Source of the DNA: Oscillospiraceae bacterium
Lineage (GTDB): Bacteria > Bacillota > Clostridia > Oscillospirales > Acutalibacteraceae
DNA: 64,000 nucleotides
Assembly (NCBI GenBank): GCA_015065885.1
Contig: SVPJ01000005.1
Coordinates: 1,915 to 65,914, forward strand
Direction of reading: 5' to 3'
A program made the translations under genes and the position numbers. Under the pieces are notes generated by a model. That model was given only the letters and a program-made list of their open reading frames with translations, had not been told where the DNA came from and did no database searches. This document shows, one piece after another, positions 48,791 through 57,490 of this stretch. How positions within the stretch are numbered: the first letter of the stretch is position 1; each line of letters begins with the position of its first letter.

Positions 48791-49291
48791 CTATAAACGT
48801 TGTGTAATAACGTGCAACACACCGTTACAGACCGTAGCGGTGAGAAAGCCGGTGAACAGTGCCGCAATCAGCAAAAACGGCAGATACGCCGCGACGTAGA
48901 CCGAATGCATCAGCAGCATAGCGGCGGCAATTTGCCCGACGTTGTGGGCGGCGGCACCGAGAATGCTGACGCCGTACACCGAAAGGGCGGGGCTGCGCCG
49001 CACGAGCGACATCAGCGCGAGGGCGAGCGTGCCGCCGCAAAGGGAAAACAGAAGCGCGGTCACACTGCCGCCGAACACGGCGCCCAGCAAACAACGTGGG
49101 ATCAGGACGGAAAACGCTGTCTTCGCGTCGGTGTAATACAGCACTATCAAGGTGACGATGTTGGCAAGTCCGAGTTTGATGCCCGGCAGGGGGATCAGCG
49201 GTTGCAGGGGCAAAAAGCGTTCCACGTAGGACAACACCAGTGCGAGCGACAGCATGACCGCACAAAAAGTAAGACGTTTTGTTTTGCTCAT
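48791..49291 (-). CDS. Gx transporter family membrane protein (Hpre_diP_synt_I-like)
   Basis: 166 aa, five TM helices. The LPGIKLGLANIVTLIVL and GAAAHNVGQI blocks are as recalled for this family. Confidence 0.55.
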   Translation of the reverse strand: MSKTKRLTFCAVMLSLALVLSYVERFLPLQPLIPLPGIKLGLANIVTLIVLYYTDAKTAFSVLIPRCLLGAVFGGSVTALLFSLCGGTLALALMSLVRRSPALSVYGVSILGAAAHNVGQIAAAMLLMHSVYVAAYLPFLLIAALFTGFLTATVCNGVLHVITQRL

Positions 49292-49295
49292 GCCG

Positions 49296-49661
49296 TCACC
49301 TCACCACAAAGTCCACGTCGCTCGTGTCCGCCGCAATGCGGATCTCCAGACGGTTCGGCAGGCAGACGATACTGCGGGCGGGGGTGTTGACCCACCCGCT
49401 GTGTACGCAGTCTTCGCCGGGGCAATCCGACGCGGTCACGGCAACTTTTCCGTTCCGCACGGTGACGGTGCTGTGATAGTTGCCCGTGTAGGTGATCTGC
49501 ACGTCCTCGTTCAGCGGTAGCGTGTCGATCAGTGTACCGTCAAGATACACGGCGGCATACGCCGCCTCCTCTTTCGGAAGAAAGAGGAGGAAAACGAACA
49601 GTGCCGCGAGCAGTACCGCGCCGACGACTGCGGCGTCGCCCCATTTCCATACGCGTTTCAT
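49296..49661 (-). CDS. NusG domain II-containing (DUF1312) membrane-anchored protein
   Basis: N-terminal TM, then a small beta domain with a CPGEDCVHSGW...SIVCLPNRLEIRI pattern. ATGA overlap with the pepF stop. Confidence 0.55.
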   Translation of the reverse strand: MKRVWKWGDAAVVGAVLLAALFVFLLFLPKEEAAYAAVYLDGTLIDTLPLNEDVQITYTGNYHSTVTVRNGKVAVTASDCPGEDCVHSGWVNTPARSIVCLPNRLEIRIAADTSDVDFVVR

Positions 49662-51340
49662 CCGAGCGTTTCCAGCAGTGCCAGCGCACGGCGGCTCATT
49701 TCTGCGAGTGCGCCGTCTTCAAACGGCGAGGGGATGCCCGCTTCCTTCACAAGCGCACTAAACGGCTTGGTGCCGCCCTGACGGACGAAGTGCAGATACG
49801 TATCGAACGCGCCCTGATAATCCTCCTGCGAGAGCAGCAGGAAGTGGATCGCCACCGTCTGCGCCAAGCAGTAGTCGATATAGTAGAAGGGGCTTTCGTA
49901 GATGTGCATCTGATATTGCCAGCGGGTGCCTTCCTCGAGATACGGAATGCCGTCGAAGGAGAGGTAGGGGCGATAGGTCGCTTCAAGCTTACGATACGCC
50001 GCTTTGCGTTCGGCAGGGGTCATTTCGGGATGCTCGTACACGATATGCTGATATTCGTCCACGATCACGCCGTAGGGAATGAAGGAGAGGGCGTCGAGCA
50101 GGTGCTTTTTGCGGTAGGCGTTAGCCATGTCGCCGAAAAACTGTTCGGTGTATTTCCACGCAAAGAATTCCATACTCATCGAATGGCATTCCGCCGTTTC
50201 CATCGAGCCGACATTGAGTTCCCAATCGCCGTATTGCGCGATGCAGGAGGAGGCGAGTGCGTGACCGAATTCGTGGGTGATGACGTCCACGTCACCGCTG
50301 CCGCCGTTGAAGTTTGCCAAAATGAACGGCTGGTCGTATTTCGGGAAGCAGGTGCAGTAACCGCCGCCCCACTTACCGTCACGCGACTGATAGTCGAACG
50401 CTTCCGCCTCCATCATGCGGCGCATAAACGCACCCGTGGTATCACTCATATCGTCGTACATGGTGACGGCGCGACGGAAGATCTCCTCCGCGTCCACCAC
50501 GGGCTTCGGCGTTTCGCCTGCGGCGTAGATCTGATCGTCATAAAACATCATGCGATCCCAGCCCATATCGGCGGCGATGGTCTCTTTCACCTGTTTGACG
50601 CAAGGAACCAGCGATTCCCGCACGTTTTTGCGGAAGTTTGCCACCATATCCGCATCGTAGTCGGTGCGGTCCATACGGTAGTAGCCGAGTTCGATGAAGT
50701 TTTTGTACCCCATTTTTTTCGCTTGACGGTCGCGCAGTTTGACCAGCTTGTCATAGAAGGTGTCGAGCGCTTCGGCGTGTGCGCCGAGGCCGCGGCCGAT
50801 GGCTTCGGCTGTCTTGCGGCGTACGTCGCGGTCGGCGTCCTCCAGTTTGCCGCGCAGCATCGACAGCGGCATTTCTTCGCCGTCGTAGGTGAACACCATT
50901 TCGGACATAAATTTGGAGTATTCGGTCACCAGTGCGTTTTCCTCCTGCACCTCGGCGGTGATGACGGGGGAGAAGGCACGGGTGGCGCATTCAAAACGGC
51001 GGAAGAGTTGCGTGCCGAGTTTTTCTTCCAACGCGGGGCGGAAGGGAGAGGACAGCATACGGGTGGCGTACTGCACCTGCAATTCCGAAAACAGCGGGCC
51101 GACCTCGTCGTAATACGCCATCTCACCTTGATAGTATGCGTCACGGGTGTTCAATGTAAACCGACAGTTGGCAAGCGAAGCGGCGGTGACGTATTCGCAC
51201 AAAATGTCCATAAAGATCCCGCGGGCGGCGACCACCGCATCGGCATCGGCGGCGGTGTCCATCGCCGCTTCAAAACGGGCAAATGCTTCGCGCGCTTCTT
51301 CAATGGTATAACGGGCATAGGGGAGTTCGGAAACTTTCAT
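49658..51340 (-). CDS. pepF: M3-family oligoendopeptidase F
   Basis: 560 aa with the zinc motif HEFGHA and typical PepF helical regions. AGGAGG RBS. Confidence 0.85.
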   Translation of the reverse strand: MKVSELPYARYTIEEAREAFARFEAAMDTAADADAVVAARGIFMDILCEYVTAASLANCRFTLNTRDAYYQGEMAYYDEVGPLFSELQVQYATRMLSSPFRPALEEKLGTQLFRRFECATRAFSPVITAEVQEENALVTEYSKFMSEMVFTYDGEEMPLSMLRGKLEDADRDVRRKTAEAIGRGLGAHAEALDTFYDKLVKLRDRQAKKMGYKNFIELGYYRMDRTDYDADMVANFRKNVRESLVPCVKQVKETIAADMGWDRMMFYDDQIYAAGETPKPVVDAEEIFRRAVTMYDDMSDTTGAFMRRMMEAEAFDYQSRDGKWGGGYCTCFPKYDQPFILANFNGGSGDVDVITHEFGHALASSCIAQYGDWELNVGSMETAECHSMSMEFFAWKYTEQFFGDMANAYRKKHLLDALSFIPYGVIVDEYQHIVYEHPEMTPAERKAAYRKLEATYRPYLSFDGIPYLEEGTRWQYQMHIYESPFYYIDYCLAQTVAIHFLLLSQEDYQGAFDTYLHFVRQGGTKPFSALVKEAGIPSPFEDGALAEMSRRALALLETLG

Positions 51341-51373
51341 TTGAGTGACCTCCTATTAGTAAATTAACAAAAA

Positions 51374-51541
51374 GTGGCTGCAGCACAGAGGTAGCACAGG
51401 ACCACTCCCTCTAACGAGGGAGTGGTCCACCGCCCGAATAGGCGGTGGTTACTACCCCTCAGTCGGCTTTGCCGACAGCCCCTCTGAAAAGGAGCCGAGA
51501 GTGTTTTTCGTTTGCGCTACTGTCTCTGATGCGACAGCCAC
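51374..51541. other. Multi-hairpin structured intergenic element (unknown; possibly REP/MITE-like or 5' leader RNA)
   Basis: Outer pairing GTGGCTG (51374-51380) / CAGCCAC (51535-51541). Inner hairpins are 51399-51428 (13 bp), 51429-51446 and 51462-51476. The CCCCTC motif is duplicated around the third hairpin. Confidence 0.45.
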
Positions 51542-51547
51542 AAAATT

Positions 51548-51814
51548 TTAGGCGAACCACACGTTCGTGCAAAACAGAATAAACAGAAAATAGACCAGCA
51601 GGAAGATCCCGCCCACCGCCAGCACCGCAAGTAACACGCCGCCGACCAGCATCCCCATCTCGCGACGGGTGAGTTTGACGGGCTGTTGTTCACCGCTTTC
51701 GGATGATGTGGGCGGTGTGTCGGTTTCGTTGATGAACCACGGCATACCGTCCACGTTCATGGGGGCGATGGTGCGGCCGTCATCGTAATCGGGAAGCTTT
51801 GGTTTTTTTCTCAT
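51548..51814 (-). CDS. Hypothetical small single-pass membrane protein
   Basis: 88 aa with a C-terminal TM helix. Starts 3 nt after the oppF-like stop. Confidence 0.5.
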   Translation of the reverse strand: MRKKPKLPDYDDGRTIAPMNVDGMPWFINETDTPPTSSESGEQQPVKLTRREMGMLVGGVLLAVLAVGGIFLLVYFLFILFCTNVWFA

Positions 51815-51816
51815 CG

Positions 51817-52926
51817 TTACGCCTTTTTCTCCGCCGCTTTCAGTTCGGCGGCGTATTTTTCCAGTTCTGCCATACGTTCGGGAGTGTTGTAGAGATGGCA
51901 GGCACAGAAATGGTCGGGTTCAATTTCCGCAAAGTCGGGGGTGACGTACTTACAGACTTCCATGCAATCGCGGCAACGGGTGTGGAATTTGCAACCCTTC
52001 GGCGGATTGGCAGGGGAGGGGATACTGCCCTCGAGCGGAATACGGTCCATCTTGTAGTCGGGATCGGGCACGGGGATCGCGCTGAACAGCGACTTGGTGT
52101 AGGGATTCAGCGGATTTTCAAAAATCTTTTCGGTGGGAGCATACTCGATCAGATTGCCGAGATACATCACGCCGACCGTATCCGAAATGTGTTCCACCAC
52201 CGACAAGTCGTGGGAGATGAACAGATAGGTGAAACCGAAGTCCTTCTGCAATTCACGCAACAGGTTAATGATCTGTGCTTGAATGGACACGTCCAGTGCC
52301 GAGACCGGCTCGTCACACAGAATGAATTCGGGATTCAACGCCAGTGCGCGCGCAATGCAGATGCGCTGACGCTGACCGCCCGAAAATTCGTGGGGATAAC
52401 GGTCCTTGTGATACTCCTGCAAACCGCAGGCACGCATGATGCGGGAGATGTAATCGTCGTGCTCTTCGGGCGGGACAATGCCGTGCTCACGCACCGCTTC
52501 ACCGATGATCTCACCGACCGGCAGACGGGGAGAGAGACTGGAATACGGATCCTGGAAGATGATCTGCATTTGCGAACGCAGTTTCTTCAGTTCCGCACGG
52601 CTGAGCGAAAAGACTTCTTTACCGTTGAAGTACACTTCACCCGACGTCTTGTCCTGCAAACGGAGAATGGTGCGGCCGACGGTGGATTTACCGCAGCCGG
52701 ATTCGCCCACCAGACCCATCGTGGTGCCGCGGCGGATCTTGAACGAAATGCCGTCCACCGCCTTGACGTCACCAACGTGCATCTTGAAAAAGCTGGATTT
52801 GATGGGGAAGTATTTCTTTAAGTTCTTTACGACCAGCACATAGTTTTCGTCGTTTTCTGCGCCGTCAAACGAGGATGCTGCGTCGTTTTTCACGGTGGTA
52901 GCCACCGCTTCGGGATTCTTATTCAT
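51817..52926 (-). CDS. oppF: Oligopeptide/dipeptide ABC transporter ATP-binding protein (OppF-like)
   Basis: Walker A GESGCGKST, signature FSGGQRQRICIARAL, Walker B ILCDEPVSALD and a Cys-rich C-terminal oligopeptide domain. Confidence 0.88.
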   Translation of the reverse strand: MNKNPEAVATTVKNDAASSFDGAENDENYVLVVKNLKKYFPIKSSFFKMHVGDVKAVDGISFKIRRGTTMGLVGESGCGKSTVGRTILRLQDKTSGEVYFNGKEVFSLSRAELKKLRSQMQIIFQDPYSSLSPRLPVGEIIGEAVREHGIVPPEEHDDYISRIMRACGLQEYHKDRYPHEFSGGQRQRICIARALALNPEFILCDEPVSALDVSIQAQIINLLRELQKDFGFTYLFISHDLSVVEHISDTVGVMYLGNLIEYAPTEKIFENPLNPYTKSLFSAIPVPDPDYKMDRIPLEGSIPSPANPPKGCKFHTRCRDCMEVCKYVTPDFAEIEPDHFCACHLYNTPERMAELEKYAAELKAAEKKA

Positions 52927-52951
52927 CGTGTGCCAACTCCTTTCCGTGCGA

Positions 52952-54145
52952 TCACAGCGCGTTCAGGTCTGCCTGCTGCGGATAACCGATCACGGTGCCC
53001 TCTTCAAAGAAGCGGTAGCAGGAGACGATGTGAGTGTCGCTGATGCGGATGTTCGGCGGATAGTCGCCGCGGCACTGCTCGGTGCAGTATTCGCAACGGT
53101 CGCGGAAATAGCAGTAGTTCGGCATATTCACGGGGTTCGGAACGCTGCCGGGGATGTTGTAGAGCGCATCCACCTTCTTGCCCACGACCGGCTTGGATTT
53201 CATCAAACCGATGGTGTAGGGATGGCAGGGGTTGTGGAAGATCTCTTCCGCCGTGCCCGCTTCCACCACGCGGCCCGCATACATGACCACCACGTAATCC
53301 GCCATGCTTGCCACCACGCCGAGGTCGTGGGTGATGAGCATGATGGAACTGTTGATCTTATCTTTCAGTTCACGCAACAGATCGAGGATCTGTGCCTGAA
53401 TGGTCACGTCCAGAGCGGTGGTTGGCTCGTCCGCAATGATGAGCCCGGGGTTGCACGCGAGTGCGATCGCGATCATGATACGCTGGCGCATACCGCCCGA
53501 CAGTTCGTGCGGGTACATGGAGTAGACGCCTTCCTTATTCGCGATACCGACCAGTTCGAGCATTTCGAGGGTACGCATTTTGACGTCCTCTTTGCTCATA
53601 TTGGGGTTGTGCAGCTGAATGACTTCATCCACCTGCGCGCCGATGCGGAACACGGGGTTCAAGCTGGTCATCGGCTCCTGGAAGATCATGGACATCTTGT
53701 TGCCGCGGATCTTCATCATTTCGCTGGTGGGGGTGTTCACGATGTTGTACGCGGTGCCGTCACCCATATTGAAGCGGATCTCGCCCGAGACGACCTGACC
53801 GCTCGGACGCTGCACCAACTGCATCAGCGAGAGGGAGGTCACGCTCTTGCCGCAACCCGATTCGCCCACGACGCCGACGGTGGAGCACTTCGGAATGTTG
53901 AAGGACACGCCGTCCACCGCACGCACGGTGCCGATATCGGTGAAGAAGTAGGTACACAGGTTGTCGATCTCCACCACGTTGTTTTCGTCCTGCATCGTGG
54001 TCATATACTTTGCGGGATCGGTCTTGGCGTCGTTACGCTTCTTCTCGAGTTTGCGGGTCAACTTACGGTTGAACGCCGAAATGCGGCGCGACTCGCGGGA
54101 GGAGATATAACTGGACTTCTTGCCGTTTTTCTTTTGGTTTTCCAT
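52952..54145 (-). CDS. oppD: Oligopeptide/dipeptide ABC transporter ATP-binding protein (OppD-like)
   Basis: Walker A GESGCGKSV, signature LSGGMRQRIMIAIAL, Walker B IIADEPTTALD. Confidence 0.88.
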   Translation of the reverse strand: MENQKKNGKKSSYISSRESRRISAFNRKLTRKLEKKRNDAKTDPAKYMTTMQDENNVVEIDNLCTYFFTDIGTVRAVDGVSFNIPKCSTVGVVGESGCGKSVTSLSLMQLVQRPSGQVVSGEIRFNMGDGTAYNIVNTPTSEMMKIRGNKMSMIFQEPMTSLNPVFRIGAQVDEVIQLHNPNMSKEDVKMRTLEMLELVGIANKEGVYSMYPHELSGGMRQRIMIAIALACNPGLIIADEPTTALDVTIQAQILDLLRELKDKINSSIMLITHDLGVVASMADYVVVMYAGRVVEAGTAEEIFHNPCHPYTIGLMKSKPVVGKKVDALYNIPGSVPNPVNMPNYCYFRDRCEYCTEQCRGDYPPNIRISDTHIVSCYRFFEEGTVIGYPQQADLNAL

Positions 54146-54159
54146 TGCTTTACTCCTCC

Positions 54160-56196
54160 TTATCTCTTCATTTTGGGATCGAACGCATCGCGCAGACCGT
54201 CGCCCACGAAGTTAAACGCGATAACCGTGAGACAGATCAGCAAGCCGACGGGGATCCAAATGTAGGTGTATTTGATCATGGTTTCCGAAGAGGCGGTTGC
54301 CGAGTTGATCATCGTGCCCCAGGTTGCGAGCGGGTGTTTCACACCCAGACCGAGGAAGGAGAGGGTGGATTCGGTGATGATAACGCCGCCGAGACCCGCC
54401 GTTGCAGTCACGATCAGCTGGGGCATGACGTTCGGCACCAGATGGCGGAAGATACGCTTGCTGACGCTGAGACCGCACGCTTCGGTCGCCACCATGAATT
54501 CCTGCTCACGCAGCGAGAGGATCTGGCCGCGCACCAAACGAGCCACACCCGACCAGCCGAGAATACCGAGCACCGCCATCATCCATATCAAGCGGACGTA
54601 CGGCGTCATCTTCATCGCATCGAAGAATGCACCGAGAATGATCAAAATGGGCATCGAGGGGATACAGTTGAAGATATCCACCAAACGCATGATAAGGGTA
54701 TCCACCCAGCCGCCGAAATAACCGGCGATGCCGCCCATGATAACGCCGAGAATGGTTTCGAGGATAACGACCACGAAACCGACCATCAGCGAGACACGGC
54801 CGCCGAACATCATACGGGCGAGCACATCGTACCCGTCACTGTCAGTACCGAACACGTGCTGTGCCGAGGGGGCGCCGTAAATGTCGATGAGGAAGGTCTT
54901 CTGCATACAAGAGAGCACATAGCTGTCGTTGGAGCGTTCCACCGTGATGGTGGTATCCACCATCGTGAGGTTGCCGTTTTCATCGGTCTCGTATTCACCG
55001 TCTTCATTGATCTTCGGCAATTCGAAGGTGAAGGAGCCATTGCGCTCGTTGTTTGCCATCAAGGTCGCCACGGTCGCTGCCGCCGTTTCCTTGAATTCGA
55101 TGGAGAGGCTGTCCTCGCCGTTGTAACGGCGCACCACGAAGGTGGAGAGCTCTGCCACGGGGGTTTCGCCATTCGTGATAACGGGGGCCTTTTCGTTTTC
55201 GGTGATGGTGTAGGTCGTGCCGTCCACCGTGAAGGTGCCGTTTTCCGCCAGCAGCGCCTGCACCTTAAAGTCGTCCGACAGAGTAGCAGTGGTGTCGAAC
55301 ATATCGAACACGTACTTCGAGAAGACGAGTGCGGTCTTGCGGCCGTTGTCGACCATGACGCTCACGGTATCGCCCGCAATCACTTCGTAGGTCACGCCGT
55401 TCATGGTGAAGGTGCCGCCGTCGAGACGGGCACGCACTTCGGCTTCAAACGCTTCATCCATCGCCGTTTCGGGGTAGGAGAAGACGCCGTTTTGCTTATC
55501 GGTCACCTTCTGCACCGCATAGGAGAGCTTGTTCTGCGCGGTCAGCACGTAGGTTGCACCACCCACCTGCACTTCCGACTGCTTGGCGGCGATGGCTGTA
55601 TCGAACGCCGCCAGCACATCCGCCGAAAGCTCTTCGGGCGCACCCGTGAGGGTTTTGGATGCCTTGTTGTAGGTGCCGTACGCGATCGTCGTGCTGTAGC
55701 TCGCAACCTTGCGACGGTCGGTGAGGTCGAGTTTGTAGGTGTTGTCGTTCAGTTTGCTCAACTGATAGTCGGCACCGTCTTTTTCGACCGTGAAGGTGGA
55801 CTGATTTGCTGCCACCATCTCCTTAATGTAGGAGTTGACCATGTTCTTGAGCGAAGCGGGGACCTTCAGTTCTTTATCCACCGTGAGCGCCACGTACTCG
55901 GTACGCTCACTGGCAATGCCGTATTTGACGTTCAGATCGTCGAATTTGTAGAATTTCTCGGTCTGTCCGTAGGGGTACACAAGGGGACCCAAGAAGGCAA
56001 AGGCAAACATGATGACCAAGATGACCGTACCAATAACCGCCAGCTTGTTACGAATAAAGCGTTTGGCAACCAGACGACCGGGGCTGAGCACTTTGACGCG
56101 CTGGGTGCTGTCCAGTGCCATCTCCTCCGAATCGTTTTGAACGGCTGTTGCCGCCGCTTCGCGGCGTTTCAACTCTTCGTTAATGTTGTTTTTCAT
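54160..56196 (-). CDS. oppC: OppC-like ABC permease with a roughly 370-aa extracytoplasmic insertion after TM1
   Basis: TM1 (VIGTVILVIMFAFAFLGPLVY). The canonical HVFGTDSDGYDVLARMMFGGRVSL block appears only near residue 445. The C-terminal 230 aa are a normal binding-protein-dependent permease core. Confidence 0.85.
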   Translation of the reverse strand: MKNNINEELKRREAAATAVQNDSEEMALDSTQRVKVLSPGRLVAKRFIRNKLAVIGTVILVIMFAFAFLGPLVYPYGQTEKFYKFDDLNVKYGIASERTEYVALTVDKELKVPASLKNMVNSYIKEMVAANQSTFTVEKDGADYQLSKLNDNTYKLDLTDRRKVASYSTTIAYGTYNKASKTLTGAPEELSADVLAAFDTAIAAKQSEVQVGGATYVLTAQNKLSYAVQKVTDKQNGVFSYPETAMDEAFEAEVRARLDGGTFTMNGVTYEVIAGDTVSVMVDNGRKTALVFSKYVFDMFDTTATLSDDFKVQALLAENGTFTVDGTTYTITENEKAPVITNGETPVAELSTFVVRRYNGEDSLSIEFKETAAATVATLMANNERNGSFTFELPKINEDGEYETDENGNLTMVDTTITVERSNDSYVLSCMQKTFLIDIYGAPSAQHVFGTDSDGYDVLARMMFGGRVSLMVGFVVVILETILGVIMGGIAGYFGGWVDTLIMRLVDIFNCIPSMPILIILGAFFDAMKMTPYVRLIWMMAVLGILGWSGVARLVRGQILSLREQEFMVATEACGLSVSKRIFRHLVPNVMPQLIVTATAGLGGVIITESTLSFLGLGVKHPLATWGTMINSATASSETMIKYTYIWIPVGLLICLTVIAFNFVGDGLRDAFDPKMKR

Positions 56197-56209
56197 TGGG
56201 CAGCCCTCC

Positions 56210-57199
56210 TTAATTCACGCGCACACGCGGATCCACCACGGCGTACAAAACGTCCGCGATCAGCGTGCCGAGCAGCGTCAGGATCGCCATAAACGAAAGA
56301 TAGAACATTGTAAAGGGAATGTCGCCGTTGACCATCGAGTGGTAGGAGGCGTAACCGATACCGCGAATGGCAAACAGCGTTTCGGTGATCAGTGCACCGC
56401 TGAACAGGCCGGGCAGCGAGCCGCCCAGAATGGTCACGATGGGGATGAGGGTGTTGCGGAAGGCGTGATAGCCGATGACCCGCTTTTCCGACAGACCCTT
56501 TGCACGGGCGGTACGGATGTAGTCCGCGTTCAACACCTCAAGGGTGTTGGTACGGGTGTAACGCATCAGACCGCCGATACCCACCGTCACGAGGGTGAGT
56601 GCCGGCATGAAGAAGTGGGACGCCATATCCAAGAACTGGCCAAAGGGGGTCAAATTATGGAAGTCACGACCGATCATACCGTTGATCTCCACCAAGTTGA
56701 GCTTCACAGCGAAGATCAGCTTATAGATGGTGGCCACGAAGAAGGTTGGCATCGAAATACCAATCAAGGAAACCACCGTCACGGTGTAGTCGGTAAGGCT
56801 GTATTGCTTTTTCGCCGCCACGATACCGAGCGGAATCGCGATGGCGGTCTGTATCACGAATGCCACCGCGCCGAGAATGAAACTGTACCAGATGGTTTTG
56901 TTAAACTGTTCGGTAACGGGTACCGTCCAGTTCCAGCTGTCGCCGAAGTTGCCTTGCACAGCATTGCCGAGCCACACGAAAAAGCCGCCGACAAGGCCTT
57001 TGTCCAAGCCGTACTGTGCGTTCAGTTCCGACAGCCACTGCTCGGCACTTTTCAGCGTACCGGGCTGAGTTGCGAGCTGACGCGCCATTTTTTCGGTGTA
57101 ACTGGTCGGCAGAGAATAGATCAATGCGTAGACCAGGAACATAACGAAAAACAGGATGACGGCACTCAATAAGAGTCGTTTCACAATGAATTTAAACAC
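56210..57199 (-). CDS. oppB: OppB-like ABC permease
   Basis: N-terminus (V)FKFIVKRLLLS, six TM helices and an EAA-like loop (YIRTARAKGLSEKRVIGYHAFRN). GTG start. Confidence 0.88.
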   Translation of the reverse strand: MFKFIVKRLLLSAVILFFVMFLVYALIYSLPTSYTEKMARQLATQPGTLKSAEQWLSELNAQYGLDKGLVGGFFVWLGNAVQGNFGDSWNWTVPVTEQFNKTIWYSFILGAVAFVIQTAIAIPLGIVAAKKQYSLTDYTVTVVSLIGISMPTFFVATIYKLIFAVKLNLVEINGMIGRDFHNLTPFGQFLDMASHFFMPALTLVTVGIGGLMRYTRTNTLEVLNADYIRTARAKGLSEKRVIGYHAFRNTLIPIVTILGGSLPGLFSGALITETLFAIRGIGYASYHSMVNGDIPFTMFYLSFMAILTLLGTLIADVLYAVVDPRVRVN

Positions 57200-57490
57200 G
57201 AAATTGCCCCCAGACTTAGAAATTTCGACCTGCCTCAGAGCGAAAAACGCCCTGCTCTACAGCAGAAAACCGGTTTTCACCGGATCAAGAAGAAACGCTT
57301 ACAACGATTTTCTCCTTGAGGAAAAGCGGAAAACAAACGGCTTGTCCGCTCTTCCTCAAAGTGAAAAACGTGCAACAACGCACACGATACCGGTGTGCGT
57401 TTTGCGTATCACCGTAATCTTGCCGAGCACTGCACCAAGGCAGTGCTCGGCAAGACGGTTAGGTTTTAACGATTAGAATACACAGGAGAA
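57200..57490 (-). other. Hairpin-rich 291-nt intercistronic region between oppA and oppB
   Basis: 15-bp hairpin at 57419-57454 (CTTGCCGAGCACTGC / GCAGTGCTCGGCAAG) and an 8-bp hairpin at 57378-57400, with further stems upstream. None has a canonical U-tract. Confidence 0.55.
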
